Virus record (IMG/VR): IMGVR_UViG_3300042197_004429
Location: 113,313 to 177,312 of that record
Direction: 5' to 3' (one strand)
DNA: 64,000 nucleotides
Source of the DNA: a virus
Part shown: one piece after another, positions 61,901 to 64,000 of the stretch
Layout of the letters: every line of letters starts with the position of its first letter
Position numbering within the stretch: the first letter of the stretch is position 1
Position numbers and translations under genes: made by a program
The notes under the pieces: generated by a model
Seen by the model: only the letters and a program-made list of their open reading frames with translations
The model's database searches: none
What the model was told of the DNA's origin: nothing

Positions 61901-63951
61901 GAGTCATTCATTATTTGGAAGATTGGATCAAATGGAATGGCGAAGGTGATCAAGACGAATACGTGATCAACTTCAGAAAAACAATCAAAAAGTTGAAGAA
62001 AAACCCCAAAGTTTTTGTGATTATCAAAGATGATTGGCAAAAACCAAACGATCCGTATTGGGATTGGACTTGATACCAACTAGAACCCTGTCCCCAAACC
62101 TTAGTGGAAAGAAATAACAGGAGAATAATAATGAAAATTGAACACATTTTTGATTTATATGAAAACAACAACTTAAGAAAACTTGTTGTTGATATACTAA
62201 CAAATAAAAAGCAGATTTCGGAATTGAAGAGCCTTATTAGTCCAAACTGCGACTATGAATTTTTGGACGGCATTGAAAACAAAGCAATTGACGCTTCTTA
62301 TCTGAAAAAGGTAAATAAGTCTAATTTAATTAGATTTATTAACGACGCCGCTGATAAAACGGGTCAAGATATGCCACATAAAAATATCCAAAGATTCCTT
62401 AGTAACGAAAACTATGTGTATATGTATATGTTTAGATGGAAAGGCGCATTATCTCCAAAAGAATACAAAAAACACAATAAGATTAAACTCAAGTTTGCAG
62501 ATATAATTGAAATTTATGATGAAAATAATTCTTTTAGTGCTTTTAGTAGTGCATCGGAGGTTTTCATGCTTGATGGCGGAGCCTATAGATTACACGAAGC
62601 CATTAATCTAGCCAAAGAATTGGGAGTTAAATTAACGCCTGCTAATCTACAGATTTTATTGAGTGATATCTCAATCGAAGATTATTTTGATAAATTGAAG
62701 AAAAATAAAGCTTATAAAAGAAAACTTTTGAAAGACCTTCTTGTTGTGTTTCCTAATTGGAATTTGAATGGAATTGAAAAGTTGGCTGTGTGATCTGATT
62801 AGTGATACCAACTAAAGCATCGTTCCCTTAATTAAAAGAAAGAAAGTTAAAATGACCACCAAAACCGATGATCGTCAACGCTCTCAAGAAAGACCTTGTT
62901 CTTCTTAATAAGCAAAAGAAGGCCACCGAAGATTATATTAAGGTCGGTTGCGGTCAGTTTCTCAATGTTGGAAATGACCAATGGTGCGGAAATTATAAAG
63001 AGGTTCTTAGACTTTACAAAGATATGATTAAATTTGCCAATAAGGCAATCGAAAAGTTAAATAACACCAACGATGAATACCTTTTCGACAAGATTTATGA
63101 TGTTTTTGAAAAAATTGCAGACGCTAGTGAGGCGAATGTCTTCCTTGAGGGCGAAAAATGGGCCTACGAGGAAAATCACCAGTTTCATCACAGTTTGTTT
63201 CCCAATTTCGTCAAGTTGGTCTAATTGTTTAATAGTCCCCTCAAACCTAAAAGGAAAAAAGAAATGAGTACTAAAATTGATATTAGTTCGCTTGATGATG
63301 CCACCAAAGCAAAGATTGAGCAATATCATAAAAGATGCGAAGAATTAGATAGTGTGGTTGAAAAGCCAATTACCCTTAATTATAAGGTTGGTGTTGTTTG
63401 GGATAGTCTTGAACCATCTGCTGTTGATGTGGGGTCAGAAAGTGATCTTTATGACCAAATTAATAAAGCACAAAAAGAATATCTTAAAGAAATTAAAAAA
63501 GAAGCAAAAGAAATTGTCAAATTCTCAGACGAAGTTGCTGATAAACTTGGTGTAGACAGAATGGAGTTTTGGGATCAATACTTTTTGGCTTGACCGCTTT
63601 TTAAGGAACGGAAATAATGAATGATCTTAAATTCGCCGTCGATTTCATGTCTTCTATTAAAGAAGCCGCAATCAAAGATTTAAAAAGTATCGAAGAATTT
63701 GAAGATAATTGGTCGCTTTGTTCGAATTGGTTGTATGGTCTGTTGATCTTCCAGATTTGAGTAGTTTAATAAGGGGACTCAAAAGCTCCTTGGAAGAACT
63801 AAAGAATGATCCAATCAACACACTTTTACAAGATTCCCCAAATGCAGACGAGGGTACTTTTAATTTCTATTTTGTAGTTGGAAACTGTCTTGGTGAAGTT
63901 TTTGAGCAAATTATTCAAAAGCAACTTATTAATAGCATGAGGTACAAATGA
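58955..63951 (+). other. Motif-punctuated array of hypothetical genes: 58955-59188 (Zn ribbon), 59181-59597, 59584-59769, 59812-60189, 60232-60651, 60706-60963, 60999-61328, 61345-62073, 62131-62793, 62868-63224, 63264-63593, ~63709-63951
   Basis: Co-oriented ORFs. Six junctions carry the RATACCAACTA motif. Confidence 0.7.
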
Positions 63952-64000
63952 ACTGGACTTTTGTTGTGGTTCGTGATAATAGTGTTGAGCAGACTAAAAG

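Larger units (their letters stand above)
12514..62815 (+). repeat. Dispersed, strand-biased 12-bp motif RATACCAACTAG (candidate phage promoter / recombination site)
   Basis: Exact copies start at 12514, 16889, 24485, 31148, 35017, 39012, 46206, 48245, 48623, 50791, 53246, 53580, 59768, 60188, 60662, 60962 and 62072. Copies with an exact core but a different last base start at 14955, 29004, 36649, 44102, 54090, 54334 and 62804. One-mismatch-core copies start at 28499, 35765, 42610, 44899, 47741, 53880, 56307 and 57818, and a two-mismatch copy at 20233. Confidence 0.95.

Noticed and set aside
12514-62815. RATACCAACTAG repeats as a CRISPR array or as integron attC sites
   Set aside because: The repeat is only 12 bp, spacing is irregular (hundreds to thousands of bp), and there are no cas genes. 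It contains AAC but lacks the downstream palindrome and GTT box of attC.
1-64000. Stop-codon reassignment (code 15 or 4), as seen in some large phages
   Set aside because: Conserved enzymes are full length under code 11, and TAG, TGA and TAA all end genes right before new RBS/ATG starts.

Overview
The window looks like part of a large (jumbo-type) bacteriophage genome. This is an inference from gene content and layout; no capsid, terminase or polymerase gene is in the window. Positions 1-12.3 kb are very AT-rich with mixed orientation. They hold glycosyltransferase-like genes, two tandem divergent carbamoyltransferase / radical SAM pairs, an ARC/Mpa-like proteasomal AAA ATPase, a DNA methyltransferase and an HNH protein. 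From 12.5 kb to the end almost every credible gene is on the + strand. This arm includes a GHKL ATPase with a HExxH tail, a sigma70-family factor, two RuvB-like/AAA ATPases, two RNA ligases, CsrA, MscL, a phosphoesterase, a DEDD exonuclease, a NYN protein, a SNF2 helicase, UvdE, DNA ligase, TilS, a deaminase, an rIIA/rIIB-like pair and dozens of small hypothetical ORFs. There are three tRNA genes: Ile2/CAU (split by a 191-nt Azoarcus-like group I intron), Gly-UCC and Arg-UCU. The strongest unexplained signal is the 12-bp motif RATACCAACTAG. It occurs over 30 times (24 with an exact 10-bp core), and every copy I found is on the + strand and after 12.5 kb. Most copies sit at gene junctions, where the motif often supplies the upstream stop codon and precedes the next start by about 10-50 nt. 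Other notable items are a stranded integron attC plus gene cassette, a tRNA-3'-end-flanked mini-island and two T-loop-containing structured elements. All calls come from reading motifs by eye; no database search was run.
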